Positions 29,464-43,024 of a stretch of 64,000 nt of DNA are shown one piece after another (position 1 is the first letter of the stretch; each line of letters starts with the position of its first letter). The stretch lies in the NCBI GenBank assembly GCA_951406725.2, contig OX597821.1:27528001-27592000 (forward strand). The letters run 5' to 3'. The translations under genes were made by a program, and so were the position numbers. This DNA is from Octopus vulgaris. Lineage: Eukaryota. The notes below the pieces were generated by a model. The model had not been told where the DNA came from and made no database searches. It was given only the letters and a program-made list of their open reading frames with translations.

Positions 29464-30413
29464 CATTATAATGTGAATCAGGGTTTATGACGATAACTGA
29501 ATCTGTCTTTGATCCTGCACGTTTGACAATTTTTCGTTGCTGTATCTTTTATTGATCTCAAAACAAATGAGATATTAAACACAATTGTCTGGAGCTTATG
29601 ATGCAAGAAATATATCTGGATGTCAACAATGATCTACTTTCCGATATAATAAACTATAAAAGCTTTTGGCCCTAATGTTTTGCAGCAAACTATATTTCAG
29701 CAGAATGATATCACATTTTCTTTGTCTTTCACATTTGTGATATGAGTTCATTTTTATAAATGGTACAATTCTTACCCGTATCGATTTTATTAGAGCATAA
29801 CAAAAGAATTTGAACTGCTTACTAAAGATGTGGTATGGTTATAGAAACAATTGACTTATCAGTTATACGCTTTATGAAATGACTCATCCGCACAATGGCA
29901 GCATAGTCTTCTACGAGAGATAATATAAAGAAATTAATTCCAAAAACAAAAAAAAAAAAATTCCAGAAACATAAAGAAACTAACAAAATTTTGAAATGTA
30001 GTCTCTTTTATCAGCTAGGTTAAACGTTCGGCGGTTTTAAAGGAAATATTCCGACGTGGACACCGGGGAAACCATAAAGAAATAAATAGATTTTGAATAC
30101 TCTTTCCAAAATTGAATAAGGCATCAGACTCCCAATGATATAGTCAGATACGAATCAAATTTTATAATTTGATTATAAGTACAATATGTAGTAAAATTCA
30201 CAATACTTAATAGAATGACTAATACTTCTTACGACAAGAAGACGCAATCTTAACAACCATATTAATCGTTAAGTACAGTTGGCACGTCCGCTCAATTGAT
30301 GAAAGATTTTGTTTTTTAAAAAGTTCATTCAATGAATGCCATCTTCAGGATATTAAGCTGTTGATGAGATGGGCATAGATAAAATGAGAAAGAAAGGGCG
30401 AAAGAGTGAGAGT

Positions 30414-30508
<95 letters not shown>

Positions 30509-30525
30509 GGATGGATAGATAGATA
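30414..30525. repeat. (GATA)n microsatellite
   Basis: Read directly from the sequence. Confidence 0.98.
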
Positions 30526-31647
30526 CATTTTGGTAGCATTGCATCATTTTCTGACCCGCAAATATTTTAATATTTTTCAATACATCCTCTTAGAATATGA
30601 AGATGTGATATGATTCTTAAGGGTGTCTAGAATGCATTGAAGATAAAGATAATACCTGAAAAACTAAATTAATCAAGTTTGTTATCCTAGTTAAATTTCA
30701 AAGAAAAATTGGATGATGATTGACATTATTAAGATAAAGCTAAAACAAATAACAAATACAATAGTAATGATGTACACGTTTCGGATGTCAATCCATATAA
30801 GTCTGCCGTTCTGAACGTAAGATTTCATCAGAAGTTTGAAATATTCTTAATAGTGAACTTAATTGCTCATTAACTCTAAACATATGTAATGATGTCTGTC
30901 GTTTTCTTTACTGACGAGTCTGTCTAGACAATGTAAACAGAGATCAATTGACAGAAGGAGTTTCGCAGAGGCACTTGTCTTGTGTGTTGTTATTCAATTG
31001 AAAAATAATTGCGTCTGGTCTAAAACAAAGAGCTTTTGTACGATATATTTCAAATCAAATGTCATATGAAGAATACAGGCCCTGCATACAAATATACATA
31101 CGCAGAAACACACACACGCACACACACACACGCACAAATATAAATATGCGCGAGAATGCGTGTATGAGAGGGCGTTTTTATGTGTTGTGGTATATGAGAC
31201 TTGTACGTATTATGTTTAATTAGAAATATGATTGTGTGAGTTATTGTGTGGAAAGTAATTGCTTTGTTTTGTACATAACATAGAATAATTGTCTATGGCT
31301 CCGAGGATAGAAGCAAACAATTTTACTAAGATAATAGACTGTCTACTCACATAGGCCATCATCTGATATTTCGATAGTGAATACTTGCATTAATATTATC
31401 ATACATCAATACATGAAGCAAAATATCAGACAAATAGACAAGTTTGGATGCTAGTATGTTTCCAGTATTTCCGAAATAATTTATACATTGTAAGAAATGA
31501 TTTAGCTGAGCGGTGTCTTTATACGGGATGCAGTATTTAGTTTCTTCATCTATATTTAGAAATACTTGCATCTTATCACTTGCAATTTTTATAAAGACAA
31601 TCTCTGATTGTTGCCACGAATCCGATCATATTTCGTCCAACACAAGC

Positions 31648-31959
<312 letters not shown>

Positions 31960-31979
31960 AGTAGACATGTATATGTATG

Positions 31980-32561
31980 GATTAATAGATGTCACAAAAG
32001 TGAAAGAGGTTACTTACTAGCACCGCTTTTGTTAAATATAAGAGTTAAAACAACCCAAAAGACACAAAAGCACTGTCTTAGTGACTGACAAAGCGAGGCA
32101 TTGGTCCAGCCTACATAGATGGATCGCGATTTCGGATTTTTATGCAGACCACCTCATCACCCTCATAAGTGACACTTAACGCCTAGAGTTAAACTCAACT
32201 TCCTCTGTCAATCTCATGAGAAAAATCGTTGAAAACATGTGCTGATTTTCAAACCGATAAACGTGAAAATAAATTAAAATGGGTAGCAAATTTGCAAATA
32301 GAATCTAAAGACAAAATTATTAGAGGTCACAAAAGTGACAAAGAATACTGACTAGCAACACTTTTGCTAACAATATGAGTTAAAATAACTCAAAACCCAC
32401 AAAAGCACTGTCAATCATTAAGGCTGTGGTTTTGTGGATTTTGAGTTGTTTTAAATGCTATTTTTAGCAAAAGCAGTGCTAGTCAGTAGCCTCTGTCGTT
32501 TTGAGGCCTGTATAATTTTGACCTTATGTTCTAATTGCTAATAAGCAACCCCTTTTAATTT
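31980..32561 (-). mobile_element. Probable Penelope-like pLTR complex: direct repeat plus fold-back inverted repeat, with a degenerate hammerhead
   Basis: ~31981-32080 is repeated at ~32315-32413, and 32271-32415 is followed directly by a diverged inverted copy (~32418-32561). Minus strand 32118-32164 reads GAGG-GTGATGA-GG..CC-GAAA-TCGCGA-TC-CATC. Confidence 0.6.
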
Positions 32562-32563
32562 GT

Positions 32564-32620
<57 letters not shown>

Positions 32621-33450
32621 CGTAAAGCTATAAATAAACATACAGGAGTATGCCTACACAGACGCACACACTCATATATAAGTGGATATGTAGATAGATA
32701 GAGTGACAGAAAGATAGAAAATCAGACAGACAGGTACATAGATAGATAGTATGAAGCGAATTTGAAGATATTGTATTTGTGTTAACATTACAGTCGAATT
32801 AGTGATTAAAAACTAGTAGTAACACATCAAAATGCGCTCAGACTTGGATTAATGGATGTTTGCTTTTCATAAATATTTTCAATGGAAATATTCTCTTTAG
32901 AGACATTTTAATTTCAAATCGATTGAGATATTAAAAATTACAAAATTCCGAAGTTTTCATAAAGGCATATGAGATTTTTTTGGCAACCCTCTAAACTCCA
33001 ATAATCTTACGTTCTGTTATTTATTGGATACAATTATTTCAGCATGTTTCCTTTAGTGTAAAATAATGCACTTAGAAAAACGTATTTAATATTTCCTATT
33101 TGATCTGCAATATTTCAATATAAGATCAATAAGAAATTGATGTAAATTTTGAAAATAATCTGATTGTAGCTTCATTGAAAGCCAACTATTAAATATATTA
33201 AATTCCATGAACATGTATATATGTAACTTGAATTGTCTCTTTACACTAAATACAATAATTTCAATAGACATTACTTCAAACACCTATAGAATATTTGTGT
33301 TAACAAAAGTTAGAAATATGGCTCCGTAGTGAATATCTTCAATATCCAGTATCGTCTTAGCAAAGGCGGTGAAACTGAAAAAGTTTCGTCTACTGTTTTC
33401 TACTACAGGCTCCGGTTCACTGTGAAGGAAATATTTTAGTCCGACCTACC

Positions 33451-33819
33451 TTTTGTATTTTACTCGTTTCAGCCAGTATACCGCGGCCATTCTATGGCAC
33501 CGCATTGAAAAATATTTAGTTGAAAGAAAGAATCGACCCCAGTACTTATTTTTAAGCCTGGTACTTTTTTTATTTGTCTCCTTTTTCCAGAATCGCTAAG
33601 TTACAGGGACGTAGACACATCAAAATCCGTTGTCAAGCGGAGGTGGGGAACCAACACAGACACAAAGACATATACATATACATACAGAGACAAATTCACA
33701 GACCAACACCAACACATACATACATGTACACTACACATACAAACACACACGTATATAAATATACATACATATATATATATATAAATATATATATATATAA
33801 ATTTACACATATACATATG

Positions 33820-33876
<57 letters not shown>

Positions 33877-33902
33877 ATATATGCATATATACATGTATAT
33901 AT

Positions 33903-33955
<53 letters not shown>

Positions 33956-34021
33956 TATACGTATATGTATCTATGTATATATATATGTATGTATATATAT
34001 ATATACGTATATGTATCTATG

Positions 34022-34069
<48 letters not shown>

Positions 34070-34200
34070 TACACGAAGGATCTCGTTCAGTTTCCGTCTA
34101 CGAAGCCCACTCACAAGGTTTTGGTCGACCCGACGCCATGCAATGTAATACGCTGTGGGATTCGTTCTGGAAGCATATAGTTGGGAAGCCAGCTCTCGCA
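33451..34200 (-). mobile_element. tRNA-derived SINE with an expanded internal (CA)/(TA) microsatellite
   Basis: Body TTTTACTCGTTTCAG..CGCGGCCAT..AATCGACCCCAGTACTTATT..CGCTAAGTTAC..GTTGTCAAGCG is shared with 49791-49990. Head part TTTCCGTCTAC..CACTCACAAGG is shared with 58210-58351. Confidence 0.8.
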
Positions 34201-34654
34201 GTAGATTACAACATATGTATGAATATTTTTGCCATAAAGAATATCGACGAAGGCGAAAACGCAGCCCACATAAGGAAGAAATTGGAGGTTCTGAACAAAA
34301 CTCGTTATTGTTTTCAGGATATTTCTCACTCTCAGCTTTCCAAAACGCGGTAACTCAGACACTGGCATACTAGATAACTATAATTCTTGCGAATTCATGC
34401 AAGCGCGATTTTATATTCTTATTGCATCTGATGTGTCAAAGTGTATATGTTTGAAGGAGCATTGTTTTTTTTTTTTTAAAGTATATTTTAAATTAAACTG
34501 ATAGAAGATTATATTCCGAAAGCTTGAAGTAACGCGCTCCCTTTCAGGCATTATATATCTAGAGTGGAAGAACGAAATATTTCTATAATAAATTTCTCTA
34601 CAGTAATAGTATTTGATTCACAGTTTACTGTAAACTATTTCAAATGATTGAATA

Positions 34655-34752
<98 letters not shown>

Positions 34753-34851
34753 GTGTGCGTGTTTGTGTGTGTGTGTGTGCGTGTGTTTGTGTGCGCGTGT
34801 ATATATATTTTCCATTTTTTGTATACACGTTTTTTCGATATTTACATTCCT

Positions 34852-34885
<34 letters not shown>

Positions 34886-34888
34886 CTA

Positions 34889-34939
<51 letters not shown>

Positions 34940-35531
34940 AATGTAAATATTGAAAAAACCTGTATAGAGAAAATGGAAAAAGTTATATCAAATAACTAAA
35001 TCTAAACACTAAAACGGAAAGCATTATTATAATGGAAAGAATGAATGCAGAAATATGTGATACATATTACAATAAAATATATATAATTGAAAGGAAAACG
35101 ATAAAGAACAAACTAGGAAGGAAAACTATTATTGACAAGTAAAGTATTTGGCGAATATAATGGAATATAAACAAGTGTAAATCATTCTTAAACAAACGTA
35201 ACATCAGATAGAACGGAAGAAGAAAATATATATGTGCGTAGGCGCGGGTTTATGTGCGTATATCCTGGTTACGTGTTTGACTATGAAAGAAAGTCTGCTA
35301 GTATTATGTAATCGTGTATTTACGTATGCTTTTGCGTATACATATTTATAAGTAGGATCTGAATCACTTACATTGCCAGATATACAGTAATTTATATGTA
35401 TAACAGCGCCATTATTAGATTTGAATGTGTGTAAGTTAAGTGTGCGTATTTACATGAGCGCTCTCCTCTGTGTGTCTGTGTTCACCTGAATTAATATATA
35501 TATATATACATATATACATATATATATATAT

Positions 35532-35613
<82 letters not shown>

Positions 35614-35615
<2 letters not shown>

Positions 35616-36530
35616 TGCATTCCATTCATTGCCTAGCTCCAAGAGGCGAGCTCCCTTCTCTGCACGGCTCAAGGCATAGAATGCAACCCCAATATCAGTA
35701 GCGGGGCCCGACAGCATATTCTGGCTTACTCCCGCGGTAACTTTGGGTAACATTCAAGATTCAGTAATCCGTCCACAAACACTGTCCAAGCTTTCCTATC
35801 ATTTATAAACTCTCTTGTTTCTCTCACTCCAACACCTCTACCACCAAAGATTTCCTGACTCCATCTATCCTCAGAAACCGAGGTCTGCATCTGATTCTGC
35901 TGCCTACCACTTCAGCCTTCATCACCATTCTTACCATCTGCTCCTCATCCATTCTCATGTGGCTAAAATACCTCAGCATTCGTCTATCCAATGTTGTTGT
36001 TACTCTTTTCTCTCATTTTTGCTCGTCTTCGCAATTCCCCATTCCTCATCCTGTCCATCCATGTCATAGCAACCATAGCTTTCAGTCATCTTATCTTAAA
36101 CGCATCTAGTCGCCTCTTTTCCGCCTCTCTCTGCATCATATCATACTGTCGGCACAATCACGCCCTCATGCACACCTCTTTTCGCTTTCATATATACCTT
36201 TTATCTCTTAGAATCCAAGTTTCTTGCGCACCTCCCTCACTCTATGTCCCACCTCCTCAGTCAACCTCCTTCCGCAGTCACATCCCCTATCTCTCTCCTC
36301 TCTACCTCACCTGTACTACACCCACGTACATTCCATGACCCCTGTACTCGGGTGAAATTTGGTGTTGACCTTCTGTCCCCCTTCTCTTTTCTAGCCATCT
36401 TTTTAGGAATATGAATTTACTAGGGGAGGATTACCAGTCCCCTCGCTCCTGCCCCTTTTAGTCACCTTTGACGCCAAGCAGCTAATACGGGACTGCAGTC
36501 TATCGACGCCTCTTGTCGCAGTGGTTTTGC
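35614..36530 (-). mobile_element. RTE-type LINE, apparently internally deleted (5' leader joined to the 3' ORF end)
   Basis: Minus strand: EEVGHRVREVRKKLG..TWMDRMRNGELRRRA..DRRMLRYFSH..MKAEVVGSRIRCRPR. 36420-36520 resembles RTE 5' leaders (CTGCTTGGCGTCAAAGGTGACTAAAAGGGG). Confidence 0.75.
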
Positions 36531-36558
36531 TTGTTAACCATAGCTGGGACGATTACAG

Positions 36559-36792
36559 CTACTACTACTACTCCGGGCCAGAGTAGACCTGGAAACAATA
36601 GTGTCTAAGAGGCGGTTCCACACTCTTCAAACCCGGAAACCAGGGCCCCAGAGGCCCATTAATGGATGTAATTTATAGTCATACCCAGAACGAAAAATAA
36701 ATTGTCTAAGGGGAGGTTCCACACTTCTCAACCCCCGAAACCATGGCCTCAGGAGCCCACTACCAGATGTAGTTTATAGTCATACGCAGGAT
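36559..36792. mobile_element. Possible Crypton-like non-autonomous element fragment with a ~100-bp tandem duplication
   Basis: 36603-36690 and 36704-36791 are diverged direct repeats (TGTCTAAG..GGTTCCACACT..GATGTA.TTTATAGTCATAC.CAG). The family call rests only on recalled similarity of ACTCCGGGCCAGAGTAGACCTGG. Confidence 0.4.
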
Positions 36793-37130
36793 TAAACTAG
36801 TAATATTTATTTTGAAACTAATTCTACCAAAATTATCAATTCTATCATTGCTGAATTTCCAAGCTGAGGCAGTTATTTTCATTAATGTAATAATAAATGT
36901 TTTGTGTTTCGTGTTGAAATTCATCCCAGGATTATATACATACTCAGGAATTAGATCAGTGTTTCTTAATCTTTTGTCTCTGTAGCGCTCGTTCTAAGTA
37001 GTTGCTATGCATAGTGTCCAGCTACGTGAACTAAAAAAGATGGATTGAAGAAATCTTTAACACTGATATGATAAAAATATTAACAAAGTTGTAAATTTGC
37101 TGTAGGCATTACAATTGTTGTAGGCATTAA

Positions 37131-37976
37131 CACGTTGACCGCCAACTACAAGTTATCTCGTAGTTTGCGATCTATACAATTTAGCCAGGTACGAGCAGAC
37201 TCGTAGAGGTCTATTTTGTTGTAACACGCTTAAAATGAACCGGTGTCTGGAACCCTGTGAGTGTGTTGTGGAAACAATAAATACACCCTTTATTTGCCCA
37301 GTGCTACGAGTTAGCTCATATCAAAGCACCTGCCAGGAAATATATTTGGTAAAGTATCTATATATATCAGGTCTAAGTATTAGATGTCGATGCTGTTGGT
37401 CCCGGAGAACTTGGTGCAGTTGATGCAGGAGTACTGCGTTTTGTCTTACGGCCTCGAGCAACTGACTGTTCATTTTCGTAAGTAGAACTGGCGTCACTGG
37501 TATTACTTCCACTGATAGTTGCTACATATTTTTTATCCAAAGCATCTCAGTATTTTATCCAAATCATCCGAGTATCTGACTCTAAGATATCATCTTCCGG
37601 TAGTTCATTTTCCGCGAGTTCCTGAAGCATTCCAACAATTTTTTCACTGGAAAAGCTTTTTGGCATCTTATATATTAAAAATTAAAATTTATAATAGTTT
37701 TTTTTATAAATCTGAAAAAATGAAGAAAACATTATACAATGAAGAGACATAGTCGAATAATGAATAACATATCCTCAAAGCCTTCATAGCAAACAAATCT
37801 GAGCATTTTGCATTAATATGAGATTACTCGTATCACGTCATTGTAGTTTAGTTACATGTATTATGTACCTATATGCCACCACACAAAATATTTCAGCATT
37901 CTGATTTGAGAAATGTGATAAAACCCTTTTGGCAAATAGAAGCAGATCATATCGATTTCCTATGGCAGGTAACGTC
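37131..37976 (-). mobile_element. Non-autonomous piggyBac-type DNA transposon
   Basis: TTAA at 37127-37130 and 37977-37980; imperfect TIRs CACGTTGACCGCCA / TGGCAGGTAACGTC; four internal quasi-palindromes of the TACGAG.TA.CTCGTA type; no transposase core. Confidence 0.7.
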
Positions 37977-38842
37977 TTAAATTGTCAGGAGCTCTAGGAA
38001 AATTTTCGTTATAAGCTTCAGTGATTGTCAAAAGGAGTCGTAAGCGATCTTTTTCAGTAATTGAATGTTTATTTCACTACTAACTCAGCAATAGCGTCAC
38101 TACACTGAATCGTTCGTTTTCTAAATATGATGAAGGAAAAGTAATGAAAAATAATTTAATTTCTAGCCAAAGCTGAGAATGCTTGATTTGCATTTTGGGC
38201 CAGGATATTTCATAATTACCCTATTGAAAATATGCCTGAGATTCGAATTCCTTTCTTTTTCCCTTCTTGCAGACGATATTTTCTTCGTGTAAGCTTGGTT
38301 CAGCAGAAGAGAATCAGAAGGAAATGGATTTATGACTGAGTCAGGTACGTTAAGTTCAAAAAATTATTTAAGCCTTATCACTAAAACTTATTTTAGTGTT
38401 ACTTCACTGCAAACACCACCGCCTTCGACATGCCCAGTGTGCACTTCGGGTCGGTACTGCTCGAGTTGAAAACCTCTGAAGTAGACTATTGATACGATCG
38501 GGAAGGGAAGTGGCATAACATTAGACAAAATTAAATTGATACAAGAAATGGTTCAGTAAGAAACTTACTCTCATAATTCGAGTAACATATACACTAGAAA
38601 TGTTATTAGGCTGTATTTTAGCAGTGCCACTTGTAACTCATTATAAGTGGGTCGTATAAATGAAATATATTTGACCCCAATTTAGAAAATGCCTTATATT
38701 TGCTTGAAACAAATATACGTATGAATAGGTATTATATAATTGCTGGCAATGCCAATATTTATAACTTTCCTGAAATGAGAGTTATAAGGAAAAAAATTCC
38801 TACGTATATGTACAATCAAATATATATATTATATTATACATA

Positions 38843-38881
<39 letters not shown>

Positions 38882-39018
38882 AACAAATATATATATATAT
38901 ATATACACGCTCAAACAAATATACATATAATGAGGATAGAACTTGACATCAATCAACATCAATTTAAAATAGTGTTCTAGCATATCAAAAACAAATCCAA
39001 AGATTTAAGAATTATATT

Positions 39019-39193
39019 ACAATTAATAAGAGGAATGGCCAGTAAAGTAGTTTCCTATACGCTAGAGGTAGACGTCAAAATTTAGGCGTTTGCTGTTTTT
39101 TTTCCTGAGAACACGCTCTTTGTGGTATGGCGATTTGATGTCTTTTCTAGCGTATAGGAATCCACTTTAGTGGTCCCTCCTCTTATTAATTGT
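39019..39193. repeat. About 60-bp imperfect inverted repeat with a 54-bp spacer
   Basis: ACAATTAATAAGAGG..TTCCTATACGCTAGA..GACGTCAAA (39019-39079) versus its reverse complement at 39134-39193. Confidence 0.9.
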
Positions 39194-39194
39194 C

Positions 39195-39252
<58 letters not shown>

Positions 39253-39767
39253 TTTTTTTTATATCGAGCAATTGTGGAGCAAATTGGTGAAAGAATGTGC
39301 GGTATACCTGGAACGAATATCCCAATTCTACAATTCTGCATGGAGCTCTAACTCCAGAGGAGAATATATTTTATTGCTCAAATGTGATGTAGGGCACCCT
39401 GTCCTGTCATCAATTACAGAATCTTTAATCCCTGTTTGGACAAGGTCCCCTATAACCCCAAAAAAATCACAAAATCCACACTGATCTTGCATTGGTTAAC
39501 ACAGTGAATGATCTACTTAGGCAGATAAAATATATCGACTTCTCTAATGAACCCATGCGTGATTATTTGCAAGTGCTCATATCAGCTAACATGCATTTCT
39601 CTTATAGCCACTGTATGGCCCGCGCATCAGTTCAAATTATTTAGCACTACAAGAAGCATAATAATTGGAGTTTATATTGATATCACTTGTTGATTCTTAG
39701 TCTCCACACTTCTCTGTCTGTTTGTTTGTCTCTCTGTCTCTCTATCTCTCTCTATATACATATAAAC

Positions 39768-39822
<55 letters not shown>

Positions 39823-39925
39823 CTATGTATTGGCTTATGATTTTCACTGTTTGATTTGCCTAATAGTGGTTTTATCTCTAATTTAATATAATATAATATA
39901 ATATAATATAATATAATATAATATA

Positions 39926-39986
<61 letters not shown>

Positions 39987-41305
39987 TTGTATATGATTTG
40001 TGGTGAATTTATGGAAAGAAAACACATAAAACTCAACAAGTTGTTAAAAAATAAAAAAACCCAATTAATTCATACAGACGATCGTTTCGTACAGTGATAT
40101 AAAAGTAATGCTGATTTATTATTGAATTGAATTGAACTAAATTAATTAATTAATTAATTAATTATATACCAATGTATTTTTTAGTGCAGGAAGTATAGAC
40201 AATTTTTTACAGTGAACTTGAGGAAGGAAATAGGAGGAGAATAAAATCTAGGAAATTCATTCTTATGAGAAAGAGATGGGAATCCAGTTAGGTATTAAAT
40301 ATAACTAAAGGCTACAACGGTTATTTTAAAATATAAGTAAAGAGATATCAGAGACGTTTCCCCTTTATGTGAGTAAGGCGATTAGAAATTTTAACTCCAA
40401 ATAAGTCGCATAAGGTAAAAATTGTATAGATATGCCCACTGAAAAAGCATGGTTATATTTGAAATATGACCTAACAGGTGAAAACATTACGTATTGAGGT
40501 GTATATTTAAAAAAAAGTTGACACAAGAAAATGAAGTTCATTGAGAGGATATAGTATATAATAATTTTATACTAGATAGTTAACTTAAACAAGTATTAGA
40601 GAGGTAAAAAGGTTTAAAGAGAGAATAATATGCTTATGATGGACTTATGTTTACGTAAGAAATAATCTTCGTTATAATGTATTAAACATAAGGCAAAAAA
40701 AAAGTAAAAACAGAAAAATAGTTGTTAATATTACAATTTAGATAGTACGTACTTGTTGTGGCTACAAAGAGGAAAAAAGTGAAGTTGAAATAGATAATAC
40801 ATGTAGGAATACCGGAAAATAATTCAATGTAGGGGAGGTAAATGAACTGGGAATGAAAATAGTAAATAAAAAGTTTTATTTTATATGTATTCATATGTAA
40901 GGTTATAAAGTAATTGTATTTTACTATAAATAAAAAGTTATTATGAGATAACGAACTAGCTTGGTATTATGTGAGAGGGATATGATAGTAGTATTAATAT
41001 TCAAGTAATGGAAGCGCATTGTGAATTATGAATAGAAGTAAAGGTACGAGTATGGGGGTGCACATAAGTATACAACACAATTTATACATAATGTCGGAGA
41101 AAATAGTCTTATAAGTTAAAAAGTGTTTGTATGTCTACTCATATGCGAGTAGAGGTATATTTCCATATTAGTATACATAGATATTGGAATTCTATTCTGA
41201 TTAGGGTATACATAAAAGAAGAAACACCGTACAACAATATATATAGACACACCGGTGCAAAGAGAGAAAATGCACACACCTATAGATATAAATACACATA
41301 CATAT

Positions 41306-41359
<54 letters not shown>

Positions 41360-41950
41360 GAAACGTACGTATATATGTATAGTACACACGTTCGTATTAA
41401 AATAAATGTTAGTAGTGACATATAGTAAATAAACACAAAAATGATAGATATACAAATGGATGACATAAGATCAAAACCTAGCTATGTAGACATGGTTGTC
41501 GACATGTAGGACACGTGGAAGTATTATATTTCCATACATGTTTGCATATACCAGCAGTAAAATATATGTAATTATCAGGTATAGTGGCAAGTAATATAAA
41601 CCAGTAATACTTAGAATGGGTATGCTGTGGGGGTTAAATGGACACATTATGCAAATAAAATAAAATACAAAAAAATATAGATGTGTATATATTAAGCCAA
41701 GATATAATTAAAAAAACAGACATATTGAGAGAAAAACAGATGTATGGAGAGATAGATAAAGTGTTAGCCCGTTATATGGTGGGTCATGCAATTGTTAGAA
41801 CGAAATGTTAAATACAAAAATACCAAGATAGTGTAAGATATAGAGATATAAACTGGATGTGATGAGTAACTGTATTCCCTAAAAAAGATCATGTATAAAT
41901 ATATTTTTTAAAAAGCACCAAAACAAATCTAAGCAAGGGGGAGTGAAGAA

Positions 41951-42600
41951 TTATTTCAGATTGATAAATAGGAAGTTGGCCATGCGTTTACATGAGGAAA
42001 CATTTTCATCCCTAGTATTAACCCAATTCCCATTCATCCTCATTGTTATAGCTTTCTTCCAAACACAACCTAGAAATGTTATTATTATTTCTGTAAGAGA
42101 TGGTTGAAGATAGGATTTTCTAAGAGACTAAGAAATCAATATTGTTTCTTTTGAGGTGCCAAATTTCTTTTTAGATACACCTGTGCTATTTTCTTTTCTA
42201 GGGCAACTAAAAGAAGATCTATGATTATAAATTCTCGATTTAAGTATATATGTATCCCGAGGATATATATGTATCTAGAGGAGGCCTGAGTAATAATAGT
42301 TGCTTGGTATATAACTTCTTTCATTTTGGAATGTATATCTACTTCACAGGTATATGGGTCTGTACAATTTCAATTAAAATTAGCGGGTGGTACTATGGTG
42401 TTATGTTTACATTTGAGGGGGGTAGGTAATGGAGTTATGGTTATTATCATTATAGTAGTTGAGAATTATAGGATTATTGGATGTACTAGTTATAATTATC
42501 GTAGTATGTTTTATTATAGAATAGACCCAGTTTCTTATTGTTCAGAATTACATTATAAATTGATGTTTATAGCTCAGATTCTCCGTTTTCTTTTCCTCAC
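41951..42600 (-). mobile_element. Penelope-like element GIY-YIG endonuclease remnant (possibly Naiad-type)
   Basis: Minus strand, frameshifted: *NCTDPYTC..KEVIYQATIIT..YIYI..KSRIYNHRSSFS..NSTGVSK..IWHLKRNNI..KILS..RLCLEES..VNTRDENVSSCKRMANFLFINLK*. Confidence 0.75.
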
Positions 42601-42614
42601 GTAAAGGATAAAGG

Positions 42615-42653
<39 letters not shown>

Positions 42654-42716
42654 ATAAAAATCATGGGTAAGGCCAAAACGATGCGAAATAAATGCAAGGT
42701 GAATCACAATAAAAGA

Positions 42717-42805
42717 AATATGTGAATTAATGTAGACTTACCTTGTATTCAATATTTCGGAGTTATGACCCCATTTTCAAGAAATTGACGATTGTTCCTG
42801 ATTCG
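42717..42805 (-). mobile_element. PLE terminal-repeat fragment with a hammerhead-like motif (U3-A8)
   Basis: Minus strand TTC-TTGAAAA-T-GGGG(TCATAA)CTCC-GAAATATT-GAA; inverted copy of 44526-44615. Confidence 0.6.
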
Positions 42806-42892
42806 ACCGATTCGGCAATTATCGTTAATTTTTTGAAAATTTGCCTTGAACACCGCCTGTCTTCGTCTTTTGTTTTTTTAGTAAACTCTCCC

Positions 42893-42939
<47 letters not shown>

Positions 42940-42941
42940 AG

Positions 42942-42984
<43 letters not shown>

Positions 42985-43024
42985 TTTTCATATATATATA
43001 TATACATATATATATATGTGCATA

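Noticed and set aside
40074-40110. Hammerhead on the minus strand (CGAAACGATCGTC with a palindromic stem III)
   Set aside because: There is no CUGANGA-like core or stem II upstream; at most half a motif.
40150-41100. Possible viral or Polinton coding remnant (YDGLM-like peptide at ~40635)
   Set aside because: All frames are interrupted and I found no second supporting motif; it is more likely an AT-rich PLE tail or plain intergenic DNA.
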